DNA of 48,971 nt from NCBI GenBank assembly GCA_016782605.1, contig JADHYE010000004.1:1-48971 (forward strand). The letters run 5' to 3'. Made by a program: the position numbers and the translations under genes. A model generated the notes under the pieces. That model worked only from the letters and a program-made list of their open reading frames with translations. It was not told where the DNA came from and did not search any database. Positions 9,191 to 18,087 of this stretch are shown piece by piece (within the stretch, counting starts at the first letter, position 1; the number at the start of each line of letters is the position of its first letter). The stretch comes from Minisyncoccota bacterium (GTDB taxonomy: Bacteria > Patescibacteriota > Minisyncoccia > Minisyncoccales > RBG-13-42-11).

Positions 9191-10666
9191 CTAATTCGAG
9201 ATGGCTTCGGTATCCTGTTTTATCTCTTGGCTAAATATTTTTAGAATTTTTCGTTTGGTCGTTCGCAAAGGATTAAAAATCGCATTGATTAACTTCGGAG
9301 CATATCTAAAGCTGAAAATTTTGTCAACCAAGAAAACCAAAGGATGAGAAAAGGGCAACTTAAAGAGGAAACTGTAGATTCTTTTTAAGAAATAGAAATA
9401 ATGGAATAAAAAGTCAATCTGCTCTTTTTTGATAGTAGGCAAGGATAAAATAGAGTAAGAATAATAATTTTGGGGAATTTTTTCTTTTTCTTCTTTAAGA
9501 AAGCCTTTTTGAAGGCAAAAATCATAAAGATGAGTTCCTTTATATGGATAAAAAATAGAAACAACCGATATATCCGGTTTAATTTGGGCGTTTAATTTAA
9601 TCGTATCTAAAATTTCTTTTACTCCCTCACAAGGCACTCCTATCATATTATAGGCTTGAGCTTTAATCCCTTTCTTTCTAGATAACTTAAAAGCTTTTTT
9701 AATTTGGGCAGTTGTTATGCCTTTATTCAAAACTTCTTTTAAAATATAATCATTGCCCGATTCCACTCCGAATCGAAAAAGATGAGCTCCGGCTTCTTTT
9801 AGGGTATTAAAAAGTTCCTCATCAGCTAAATCCGCCCTCATATCAGCCGAAAAAGGAAGTCCTACCTCCTTCTGATAAAATTTTGTAAATTCTTTAACCC
9901 ATCCCCTATCAACAAAAAGTAAATCGTCATCAAAACGGACGAATTTAATAAAGGGGTATTTTTTAATTGTTTCTTTTATTTCTGCTATGGCCAATTGGGG
10001 AGACCGAAAACGAATATAATTTTGAGGGTTGGGATAAAGTTTTCTTAAAGCGAACTCGCAGCAAAAGGCGCATTGATAAGGACACCCTCGAGAAAACATA
10101 AAAGTGCCCACACCTTTTTTTTCTAAATTAAGATGGGGGTAGTCAAAAATCTCCCGATCAGGAAAAGGCAACTGATTAAGATCTGGGATGCATGGTCTAA
10201 TTTTATTTTTGAATACTTTTCCATCTTTTTTAATCCAGATACTCTCAATATTTTCAGTAGGTTCTTTCTTCTCAATTTTTTGGCAAAGCTCCGAAAAAGC
10301 CATCTCCCCCTCCCCACGACAAATCATATCAATGTTTTCGTCGCTCAAAACTTCTTCCGGACAAATTGTTGGATGAACTCCGCCACAAATAATAGGAACT
10401 TTAGTGATTTCTTTAGCTACGGCAGCATATTGCCGAACCAAATGAAACATATGAGAAGTAGAAGAAAAACTAATCAAATCTGGTTTTAAGACTTTTATTC
10501 TCTTTTGAAATTCAGCGAAAGAAATCTGTTTAGTAAGTTGAATAAGATTGGTTTGATGGCCATCCTTCTTTAAAACTGCCGAAAGATAAGCAATACCATG
10601 ATAAAAATAACCGCTATAGGTCGGGTCGTCGGTGGCTAAATCAAGATAAACAAAAGTAATGCGCAT
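9191..10666 (-). CDS. B12-binding-domain radical SAM protein
   Basis: 491 aa; N-terminal B12-binding-like domain and a CxxxCxxC cluster (GCPYQCAFC). Confidence 0.8.
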   Translation of the reverse strand: MRITFVYLDLATDDPTYSGYFYHGIAYLSAVLKKDGHQTNLIQLTKQISFAEFQKRIKVLKPDLISFSSTSHMFHLVRQYAAVAKEITKVPIICGGVHPTICPEEVLSDENIDMICRGEGEMAFSELCQKIEKKEPTENIESIWIKKDGKVFKNKIRPCIPDLNQLPFPDREIFDYPHLNLEKKGVGTFMFSRGCPYQCAFCCEFALRKLYPNPQNYIRFRSPQLAIAEIKETIKKYPFIKFVRFDDDLLFVDRGWVKEFTKFYQKEVGLPFSADMRADLADEELFNTLKEAGAHLFRFGVESGNDYILKEVLNKGITTAQIKKAFKLSRKKGIKAQAYNMIGVPCEGVKEILDTIKLNAQIKPDISVVSIFYPYKGTHLYDFCLQKGFLKEEKEKIPQNYYSYSILSLPTIKKEQIDFLFHYFYFLKRIYSFLFKLPFSHPLVFLVDKIFSFRYAPKLINAIFNPLRTTKRKILKIFSQEIKQDTEAISN

Positions 10667-10697
10667 AGAGAATGTAAATTAAATTTGAGTTTAATTA

Positions 10698-12713
10698 TTA
10701 TTTATTAAAATACCACTCTAAAACCGCTCTGGCCACTGGCAAGGCAGCAGCTTGAACTCCAATTATATCTTCAATCATCACTGTCAAAACAATTTCAGGA
10801 TTATCGTAAGGAGCAAAAACCGTAACCCAGTTATTATAGTGGTCTCTTCCCAGTTCAGCAGTTCCAGTTTTAGCTGCGGAAGAAACGGGCAAAGTATTTA
10901 AAAAAACAGAAGAAGCTTGAGGACTGTTTTCTCCTGTCACTGCCTGCCTCATTCCCTCTCTGACAATTTGAAGATACTCAGAATCAATGAAATTCTGGCG
11001 GATAACTTTTGAAGAAAACTGCTCTACCAGTTGGCCTGAACCGTCAATTATTTCTTTGACAACTTGAGGCTGGTACATTATGCCTCCATTAGCAATTGCT
11101 CCAAAAGCAGTAACCACTTCCAAAGGCGTAATCTGAATATAGCCCTGGCCGATAGCTAAGTTGTAAGTGTCCCCGTCCCACCATGCTTCTCCAATTTTTT
11201 CCTTTTTCCAGGCTTGATCAGGAATGAATCCGGCAATTTCCCCGGGCACGTCAATTCCTGTTTTTTCGTCCCAGCCGAACAATTCAAGATACTCTTTGAT
11301 CTTAGTCGGGCCCAATCCGTCCTGCTTTTCATATCCTCCGCCGACCGTATAGAAATAGACATTGCACGATTCGGCAATCGCTTTTCTCATGTCAGTCCAG
11401 CTGTGAATGGCATTGTCTTTTTTAATTGTCGGATTGCCAGGATCCCAGGGATTGGGAATCTCAATCTGTCCGTGGCAGCTTATCTCTTTGTCAGGATCAA
11501 TTATTCCTTCTTTCAAAACAGCGGAAGCAATCAAGGGTTTGATCGTGGACCCTGTCAGATATCTCCCGGAAATGGCCCGGTTAAAAAGAGGATTAAGCTT
11601 CTGAGAATCGTTTAAAAGAAACTGCAAGGCTTTTTCGTCAGCCCCTTTCTGGAATAGATTACTGTCAAAGCTAGGCAAAGAAACCAAAGACAGCACTCCC
11701 CCGTTTCTCGGATCCAAAGCAATGGCCACTGCTTTCTTGGTGCCTGTATTCTGTAAAATTGCTTTTAACTCAGTGGTAATTTTCCTTTGAAGTTCAGCGT
11801 TCAGCCACAAAACCAAGCTGTTCCCGGATTCAGGCAAAGAAACTGTTTCTTCTGAAATGGCATTGCCCAAAGCGTCCCTTTTAATCCTCAACTCCCCGGG
11901 ATTCTTCCTTAAAGCGCTTTCATAGAAGCTTTCCACGCCGGTTCTGCCGACATAGTCATTAACCAAATAAAAATCTGGATCTCCTTCAAGCTCCTTGCTT
12001 TGTATCCTGCCGGTATAGCCTAAAAGATGGGCAAAAACTTCGCTGTCTTTGTACTCTCTGACAACGTTGCTGCCTATCTCAAAGCCGATCAAAGCGCCAA
12101 TCTTTGTTTCAAATAGAATTAATTCCTCATGAGAAAGATTTGCAGCCACTAAAACTTGGTCTGATTCAGATTCTTCAATCTCTTTTTCAAGCTCTCCTAC
12201 ATTTTTCTTTAAAATCCCGGCAACCTCCCGAAAAACCTTCTTTTTTTCAGCTTCAAGCTCGGAAAGCTCAGCTTTCTGGCAAACTAAATTAAATGTTGAT
12301 TTATTAAAAACCAGCTGTTCAAAATTCCGATCGTAAATCACTCCCCTTTCTGCCCGAATTTGATGGATAATGAATTTATTCTTATTGGCCAACTGCATAA
12401 AATCTTTTCCTTCTATTACTTGGAGCTGGAACGTCTTGCAGAAAAGAATCAAAAGGATAAAAAAACAAAAAAGATAAAACCCCTTGATGATTTTCTGCAT
12501 AAGGGGAACCTCGAGCTTCCTGCCGGAAAAGCCGAATTCTTTCTCCTGTTTTTCAGCCAGAGAATCCAGGATAATTTCATGCGGCTCAATATCCTGTTTG
12601 GAAGCCAGCTGGATCCTCCTGTTACCGAGTTTCCATTTATGGAAGCGAGGTGAAAGAAGAGGACGAAGTCCTCTTTGCCCTTTAAAACTTTTTAATGATT
12701 GGAATCCGAACAT
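10698..12713 (-). CDS. mrdA: Penicillin-binding protein 2 (elongasome transpeptidase)
   Basis: 671 aa; N-terminal TM anchor, PBP dimerisation domain, and transpeptidase motifs STIKP, SCN and KTGTA. Sits in the mreC-mreD-PBP2 gene order. Confidence 0.85.
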   Translation of the reverse strand: MFGFQSLKSFKGQRGLRPLLSPRFHKWKLGNRRIQLASKQDIEPHEIILDSLAEKQEKEFGFSGRKLEVPLMQKIIKGFYLFCFFILLILFCKTFQLQVIEGKDFMQLANKNKFIIHQIRAERGVIYDRNFEQLVFNKSTFNLVCQKAELSELEAEKKKVFREVAGILKKNVGELEKEIEESESDQVLVAANLSHEELILFETKIGALIGFEIGSNVVREYKDSEVFAHLLGYTGRIQSKELEGDPDFYLVNDYVGRTGVESFYESALRKNPGELRIKRDALGNAISEETVSLPESGNSLVLWLNAELQRKITTELKAILQNTGTKKAVAIALDPRNGGVLSLVSLPSFDSNLFQKGADEKALQFLLNDSQKLNPLFNRAISGRYLTGSTIKPLIASAVLKEGIIDPDKEISCHGQIEIPNPWDPGNPTIKKDNAIHSWTDMRKAIAESCNVYFYTVGGGYEKQDGLGPTKIKEYLELFGWDEKTGIDVPGEIAGFIPDQAWKKEKIGEAWWDGDTYNLAIGQGYIQITPLEVVTAFGAIANGGIMYQPQVVKEIIDGSGQLVEQFSSKVIRQNFIDSEYLQIVREGMRQAVTGENSPQASSVFLNTLPVSSAAKTGTAELGRDHYNNWVTVFAPYDNPEIVLTVMIEDIIGVQAAALPVARAVLEWYFNK

Positions 12714-13002
12714 ATTGTTTCAAAACTATTTTCAAAAATAAGGAAAATAATATCAAAATGAGAGTGTAAGAGCCGAAAAATCCTAAAAAACCGCTCAAAG
12801 AGAAAATATCCAGATAAAGGCCGCCGACAACAGAAGAAATTATGGCCGATTCCCGGCCGGGACCAAAAACATTGATAAGAATTACCGCAAGCAAAACAAG
12901 ATTGGGCATAATGCCCCATATATTAAAATGAACCAAAAAGCTGGTCTGAATCAAAATCAAAAGATAGAAAAAGAAAATAAAAAAAAGAATTCTTTTAATC
13001 AT
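12682..13002 (-). CDS. mreD: Rod-shape protein MreD-like small membrane protein
   Basis: About 106 aa and entirely hydrophobic, sited between mreC and PBP2. The ATG at 13002 is preferred over the TTG at 13005. Confidence 0.55.
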   Translation of the reverse strand: MIKRILFFIFFFYLLILIQTSFLVHFNIWGIMPNLVLLAVILINVFGPGRESAIISSVVGGLYLDIFSLSGFLGFFGSYTLILILFSLFLKIVLKQYVRIPIIKKF

Positions 13003-13005
13003 CAA

Positions 13006-13800
13006 TTAAAAATTAGTAATAACGAACAGATAATCCAGATTTCCAATATCAAAGCCAGGATCTATTACTGCTGTCTGGAATTGCTCGACATCCGACTTTC
13101 TCACTTCTTTGATTTTTCCAACCAAAAAACCCTGAGGGAAAACGCCTCCCAAGGCAGAAGTAACAATCAAGTCGCCATTAGAAATTTCTTTGTCTTTTGG
13201 CACCAAATCAAAGGAAAGCTCAAAGCTTCCTTTTCCTTTTACTATTCCGTAAATTTCCTTTTCTCTGATTTCCGCGTCAAAAGAACTTTTTTTGTTTGAA
13301 ATCAAAATCACTTCTGAAAAATTCCGGTAAACCTTGCCGACTCTCCCCAAAAGCAGTTTCTGGCTGGTAACCACCGGAAATCCTTCTGAAATTCCGTCTC
13401 CTGTTCCCTTATTGATTAAAATTGAATCTGCAGAAACGTCTTTGCTAATTATCTGAACCAACTCTAATTGGAATTCTTTTTCCAAGCCGACATCCAAAGC
13501 CTTCCTTAAAAATTCATTCTCTTTTTTAAATTCTTGCGAAGCAACCACTTCACTCAAAAGCTCCTGATTTTTTAAATTAAGATCCGCCAATTCTTTCTCC
13601 AAGCTTTCTGTTTTTGCCATTCTGCTAAAAAACCCGGAAACATTATCCCCTAATCTCCAAAAGGCTTTTTGAGAAGGGGCTGATACGGAATAAAAAAAAT
13701 CTTTAATGTTTTTTGAAAAACCACTCAAGTTCAAAACAACGAAAATAGCCGCCGCTAAAATCAACAATATGATAATTTTCATACTTTGACGCCTCTTCAT
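13006..13800 (-). CDS. mreC: Rod-shape-determining protein MreC
   Basis: 264 aa; TM anchor, coiled coil, then a beta-barrel domain pattern (GDLIVTSALGGVFPQGFLVGKI). A TAAAAT hexamer lies 7 nt upstream of the ATG. Confidence 0.85.
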   Translation of the reverse strand: MKRRQSMKIIILLILAAAIFVVLNLSGFSKNIKDFFYSVSAPSQKAFWRLGDNVSGFFSRMAKTESLEKELADLNLKNQELLSEVVASQEFKKENEFLRKALDVGLEKEFQLELVQIISKDVSADSILINKGTGDGISEGFPVVTSQKLLLGRVGKVYRNFSEVILISNKKSSFDAEIREKEIYGIVKGKGSFELSFDLVPKDKEISNGDLIVTSALGGVFPQGFLVGKIKEVRKSDVEQFQTAVIDPGFDIGNLDYLFVITNF

Positions 13801-13812
13801 TGAACTAATTTT

Positions 13813-13913
13813 ACCCCGTTAGAAATTTTATAGCAATAATTAACAAAAAACGCAGTTAACACTCAAAAAACAAATTTTTTCAGAAGACAAGGTATTAAAA
13901 ATTTCTAACGGGG
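13813..13913. repeat. TIR-bounded intergenic element B (MITE-like), 101 bp
   Basis: Perfect 16-bp TIR: ACCCCGTTAGAAATTT and AAATTTCTAACGGGGT. It has the same 12-nt core as element A, but the interior sequence differs. Confidence 0.7.
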
Positions 13914-13968
13914 TTTATCATAAATCAAAAGTATTTTCCAAATTTAAAGACCTGTTAATTAACCGGTA

Positions 13969-13996
13969 TTGACAAGGATTCTTGCATCAATATACT
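13969..13996 (+). promoter_or_regulatory. Sigma70-like promoter (TTGACA-N16-TATACT)
   Basis: Consensus -35 at 13969-13974 and a near-consensus -10 at 13991-13996. It faces a structured leader of about 160 nt and a tiny acidic ORF. Confidence 0.4.
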
Positions 13997-14162
13997 AATC
14001 TTAGCAATTAAAAACCAAGCTTCCGAAGGAGGTCAAAGAGGTAAACCTCTTCTTCCGTTTCAGTTAAAACTTCGGTAAGCGAAGGTGGAAAAGAGCGCGA
14101 AGCGCTCTTTGACAAGGTCGGTCTAATATTACAAAAAGTTTTAACTATTTTTTAAAATTCTC

Positions 14163-14297
14163 ATGATGAAAGACGAACTTTTCGTCTCCCCGGTTTGCCT
14201 GGAGGACGAGGAAAATGAGGAAGAATCATCGGACTCAGAAAAAGATTCCGAAGAAGATGATTCCGAAGAAGATCCAGAACTAGAAAATGAATACTGA
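14163..14297 (+). CDS. Hypothetical 44-aa highly acidic peptide
   Basis: ATG..TGA ORF translated by hand: MMKDELFVSPVCLEDEENEEESSDSEKDSEEDDSEEDPELENEY. Too short for the supplied ORF track. Coding status is uncertain. Confidence 0.25.
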   Translation: MMKDELFVSPVCLEDEENEEESSDSEKDSEEDDSEEDPELENEY

Positions 14298-14330
14298 GAT
14301 TAGGACGGAGACAGCGAATAAAGACAAATC

Positions 14331-14449
14331 AAAAAATCACCCAAAAACAGGTGATTTTTTGGTTCTAAACCAGGTAGTAGAAATTTGCCTTTTTTTAAAA
14401 ACTATCGCGAAGCGAGGCAAATTTTCACTACCTGGCAAAAGGCGTTGGG
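14331..14449. repeat. 119-bp direct repeat, left copy (duplicate of the 5S 3'-flank)
   Basis: 117/119 identical to 15358-15476. Contains hairpin ATCACC..GGTGAT flanked by A6/T6, and a 20-bp stem CCAGGTAGTAGAAATTTGCC / GGCAAATTTTCACTACCTGG. Confidence 0.9.
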
Positions 14450-14573
14450 AACGAAGCGGAAAGCCGTAACCATCCGCATATTCGCCTACTACCATTATTA
14501 TTGTATCACAAAATTATAAATCCCCCAAAAAACTTTTGGAGGATTTGCGAACGAAAACGAAGTTTTCAAAATA

Positions 14574-15194
14574 TTAGATACTTGCGAGAACCGCCGAGGG
14601 ACTGCTGACGTCCCAGTCGTCCTCAAGCCAGTGGTAGCCCCAGTTCCACTGACCATCAGCCCAGCACAGAAAGAGAACGCAGCGACGACCACTCGAGTCC
14701 CGAAGAATGGTATCAAAGAAAATAAAGGTCGGGTTGCCATTCGTCTTCTCTTTCCAGGATTCCGGAATCAACACCTGGTTTTCCCAAAGCGTCTGGAAGA
14801 CCTGGACATCCAGACGGATATGACCCGCCTTCTTCAAGCGCTTCAACTTCTCTTCGCCACCGATGTGACTCTCGCCAGACTCGAGCATGTGCTTAAGTTG
14901 AACCCTGGCGAGATCCACCTGAGCAAAAGCGAGCGAACGCTCGTCCTGCTCATCAATAGCCCAACCTTGACCCAGTAACTTTACCGAGTCAAATGGTTGG
15001 GTGCGGTCAATGGTAATGATGCGCGATTCACCAATAGGGTACGAACCGTTGCAGAACTGATCTCGCTCCTGCATGGTCAATTTGTTAAACCACCCCAAGT
15101 GGTCCAAACTAACCTGTCCGTCGCTAATTTTCTGCAACAGATCAATTTGCAGACCAGCCAGTTTGGCCGTATCTGCGCCGATGATAGTATTCAT
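14574..15194 (-). CDS. Hypothetical protein (206 aa), compositionally foreign
   Basis: Intact ORF, visibly GC-richer than its neighbours. Strong SD (GGGAGGA 5 nt before the ATG), its own promoter and a terminator hairpin. I recognise no family. Confidence 0.7.
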   Translation of the reverse strand: MNTIIGADTAKLAGLQIDLLQKISDGQVSLDHLGWFNKLTMQERDQFCNGSYPIGESRIITIDRTQPFDSVKLLGQGWAIDEQDERSLAFAQVDLARVQLKHMLESGESHIGGEEKLKRLKKAGHIRLDVQVFQTLWENQVLIPESWKEKTNGNPTFIFFDTILRDSSGRRCVLFLCWADGQWNWGYHWLEDDWDVSSPSAVLASI

Positions 15195-15322
15195 CGTTTT
15201 CCTCCCTCTGCTAGCGGGCTACTTCTGTAGTCATAGCCAGCAAACACCGAAAAAATCAGTGCCTTTTGGCTATGACTACAAACTCGCAAATAAACGATAA
15301 AAAGAACTATTTATTATTTTCA

Positions 15323-15351
15323 ATAATAACACATTGTTTAATTTTTGTCAA
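15323..15351 (-). promoter_or_regulatory. Sigma70-like promoter (TTGACA-N17-TATTAT) for the orphan gene
   Basis: Read on the minus strand. The 5'-UTR that follows holds a perfect 12-bp stem (15227-15238 / 15268-15279). Confidence 0.45.
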
Positions 15352-15357
15352 TCAAAC

Positions 15358-15476
15358 AAAAAATCACCCAAAAACAGGTGATTTTTTGGTTCCAAACCAG
15401 GTAGTAGAAATTTGCCTTTTTTTAAAAACTATCGTGAAGCGAGGCAAATTTTCACTACCTGGCAAAAGGCGTTGGG
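15358..15476. repeat. 119-bp direct repeat, right copy (native 5S 3'-flank)
   Basis: Its last 13 nt (GCAAAAGGCGTTG) pair with CAACGCCTTTTGC on the other side of the 5S gene, forming a processing stem. The left copy has no such partner. Confidence 0.9.
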
Positions 15477-15585
15477 GTGGCGGCTACCTACTTTCGCGAG
15501 AAAACTCACTATCATCGGCCTTGAAGAATTTCACTTCCGTGTTCGAAATGGGAACGGGTGGGACATCTCCAGTATTACCGCCACC
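15476..15585 (-). rRNA. rrf: 5S rRNA
   Basis: The reverse complement reads GGTGGCGGTAATAC...CCCACCCGTTCCCATTTCGAACACGGAAGT...GTAGCCGCCACC. Helix I closes and loop motifs are conserved. Confidence 0.9.
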
Positions 15586-15810
15586 TCAACGCCTTTTGCT
15601 TTTGCGAAAGGCGAAGAAAACAAAGTTTTCTTCTTCACCTTCGCCCCGCTATCGCGGGGCTTGGTCATTAATTACTAGCCCAACTTTTAAGGGCGAACAA
15701 AAAACAATGATTTATTAGTACTGCTCGGCTGAATGCATTGCTACACTTACACCTGCAGCCTATCAACCCCGTGTTCTTCGGGGAATCTGGAAGTCCTGAT
15801 CTTGGAGCCT

Positions 15811-15841
<31 letters not shown>

Positions 15842-15983
15842 AGTTCCCGACTTAGCTACCCAGCGATGCTCCTGGCGGAACAACTGGTACACCAGAGGTC
15901 AGTTCACTCCGGTCCTCTCGTACTAAGAGCAACCCTCCTCAAGACTTGACGCCTACGGTAGATAGGGACCAACCTGTCTCACG

Positions 15984-16676
15984 CATATTTCTCACTTATT
16001 ACTAAATGTATGGACTATACCATTACCCAAAATAAATTGGGCAATCGACGTTTTAGCCGCTCTTTTGCGACTCTAACCATTTAAGGTTAAGTCTCTACGG
16101 GGTCAGTATACGAACTTTTCGTTTCTTAGAATAATTTAATTCGCGAAAAGTATCAATTAATTTCGCAAGTTCATTAAAATTTTTCTGATTTTTAATTCTG
16201 CTCTTCAACACAATGATTTTCTCTAGAAGATTTAGTTGAGCTTTTTTCATTACTGAATATGGCTTAACCAGTTCAATAAATTTCTTTATTCCCTCTTGTG
16301 TTCCAACAATATATTCTAAAATTCCATCATTTCTAACCCTTAAGTGCCCTAGATTAATTAATGCACAAATTTTAGCAAAATTATTTTGTTCTTTTTGTGA
16401 CTGAAATAGCACAATATAATACACAACTTGAAAACCATATTTGTATGTTTTGTTTGGTTTTAGTTGTGCATAAACACTGCCATCTCCATCAAGAAATCCT
16501 GCTAAATATGATCTTTGTGTTTGCGAAATTATTTTTTTCATACACGACTTCCCTCGGTATTATCCTAACATACGACAGATTGTAATGCAAGGAATTTACC
16601 GATATGAGTCGATTTATTCACTGTGATATTACTATCACAGGCCGCCTAGCTTGTTAACAGTAACAAGCTCTAGTCG
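15984..16676 (-). mobile_element. 23S intron 1 (about 693 nt) at approximately E. coli position 2593
   Basis: The conserved exon strand CTGTCTCACG | ACGGTTTGAACCCAGCTCACG is split here. The rejoined sense site CAAACCGTCGTGAGACAGGTTGG is nearly the canonical I-CreI homing site. Boundary uncertain by +/-2 nt. Confidence 0.8.
16095..16541 (-). CDS. LAGLIDADG homing endonuclease (single-motif, I-CreI-like size)
   Basis: 148 aa; N-terminal YLAGFLDGDGS motif; encoded inside 23S intron 1 in the sense orientation. Confidence 0.85.
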   Translation of the reverse strand: MKKIISQTQRSYLAGFLDGDGSVYAQLKPNKTYKYGFQVVYYIVLFQSQKEQNNFAKICALINLGHLRVRNDGILEYIVGTQEGIKKFIELVKPYSVMKKAQLNLLEKIIVLKSRIKNQKNFNELAKLIDTFRELNYSKKRKVRILTP

Positions 16677-17331
16677 ACGGTTTGAACCCAGCTCACGTAC
16701 CTCTTTAATTGGCGAACAGCCAAACCCTTGGGACCTACTCCAGCCCCAGGATGAGATGAGCCGACATCGAGGTGCCGAACAGAGCCGTTGATGTGGACTC
16801 GCGGGCTCTACCAGCCTGTTATCCCCGGGGTAGCTTTTGGTTGATGATCTTCCGCGGTTCTACTAACCACGGTCGGTTCACTAAGTTCGAGTTTCCTCTC
16901 TGCTCAAGTTATCCCTCTCGCAGTCAAGCCGGCTTATGCCTTTACACGACGAGCACGATTTCCATCCGTGCCTAGCCGACCTTAATAAACGCCTCCGTTA
17001 CCTTTTAGGAGGCAAGCGCCCCACTTAAACTGCCCATTAAACACTGTTTCCAGCTAAAAGCGAGATTAGGATAAAGACCTTGAAAGATGGGTGTTTCATT
17101 GGCGTCCTCTCCGAAGAGAGAACTCCCCACTACGCTACACAATCAAAACCAAAATCCAATGTCTAACTACAGTAAAGCTCCCGGGGTCTTTCCGTCTAGC
17201 CGTAGGTAACCGGCATCTTCACCGGTATTGCGTTTTCACCGGGCGCCTCGTTGAGACAGTCCCCAAGTCGTGAAGCCTTTCGTGCGGGCCAGAACTTACC
17301 TGGCAAGGGATTACGCTACTTTAACACGGTT

Positions 17332-18087
17332 CATTTCGTTATCACCCTTTCGGGCTCCTCTATGTCGCCATAGAGATCGGACTATATCATATCCTGATTT
17401 GTTTCAGGATTTCGGCGTATAGTCTCTGGGGATTTTCTTTGAGCAAAATTAACATCTTTTAAATTATATTTGCGTTTTCTTCCTCTCCCTTCATTAAGTA
17501 TTTCTCTAAGATCAAGAATTTTCTTAAATCCTTCCGGATTCAAGTGTTCTTTTTTATCTATTAAGAATACTATTTTTCTGAAGATTGAGAAATTCGTCTT
17601 TGTTCTAGAAGAAAGAAAATTAAATCGTTCGAAGAAAGGAGTTACTCTCTCTTTTAACGAAGTGAAATTTTCGACAACAAAAGAATGTAATCCATCTTTT
17701 CTTGTTTTTATTCTTCCGCATCCTAAATATCTCTTTAAGAGATATAGATTTGTTTTGTCTCTCTGGGAAACATTGAAGCTTAATCCCAATTGCCATCCAT
17801 ATCTATATCCTTCGCCTTTTCGAACAGAGAGATTAAAACTTCCTTCTCCATCTACGAAGCCGGCTAAATAATAGCCGATTCTAAATGGAATTATTTTTAG
17901 CCAATGTTCCATAAGCCTTAAGACACTCAAAGAAACTTTCCTGCGGATAATCTGCACTAGTGTCTTTTTACTGGCTTTCGACGTTGAAAAAGCTTAGTAA
18001 CACTAGATACTTTTAAATGACGTATACTATACGCCAACCAGACTTCCCCGCATATAGCCGAATTTTCTAACTACAATCCGTGATTTT
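17332..18087 (-). mobile_element. 23S intron 2 (about 756 nt) at approximately E. coli positions 1917-1919 (helix 69)
   Basis: The conserved strand GCTACTTTAACACGGTT | ATAGTTACCGCGG is interrupted (E. coli GCTACCTTAGGACCGTTATAGTTACGGCC). Boundary uncertain by +/-2 nt. Confidence 0.75.
17382..17912 (-). CDS. LAGLIDADG homing endonuclease (single-motif)
   Basis: YLAGFVDGEGSF motif near the N-terminus. The ATG at 17912 is preferred; the ORF stays open up to a GTG at 17957. Encoded inside 23S intron 2. Confidence 0.8.
   Translation of the reverse strand: MEHWLKIIPFRIGYYLAGFVDGEGSFNLSVRKGEGYRYGWQLGLSFNVSQRDKTNLYLLKRYLGCGRIKTRKDGLHSFVVENFTSLKERVTPFFERFNFLSSRTKTNFSIFRKIVFLIDKKEHLNPEGFKKILDLREILNEGRGRKRKYNLKDVNFAQRKSPETIRRNPETNQDMI

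Noticed and set aside
14498-14978. Overlapping ORFs 14498-14740 (-) and 14631-14978 (+) in the GC-rich insert
   Set aside because: Both overlap the longer 14574-15194 ORF, which has an SD, a promoter and a terminator. They are typical shadow ORFs in GC-richer DNA.
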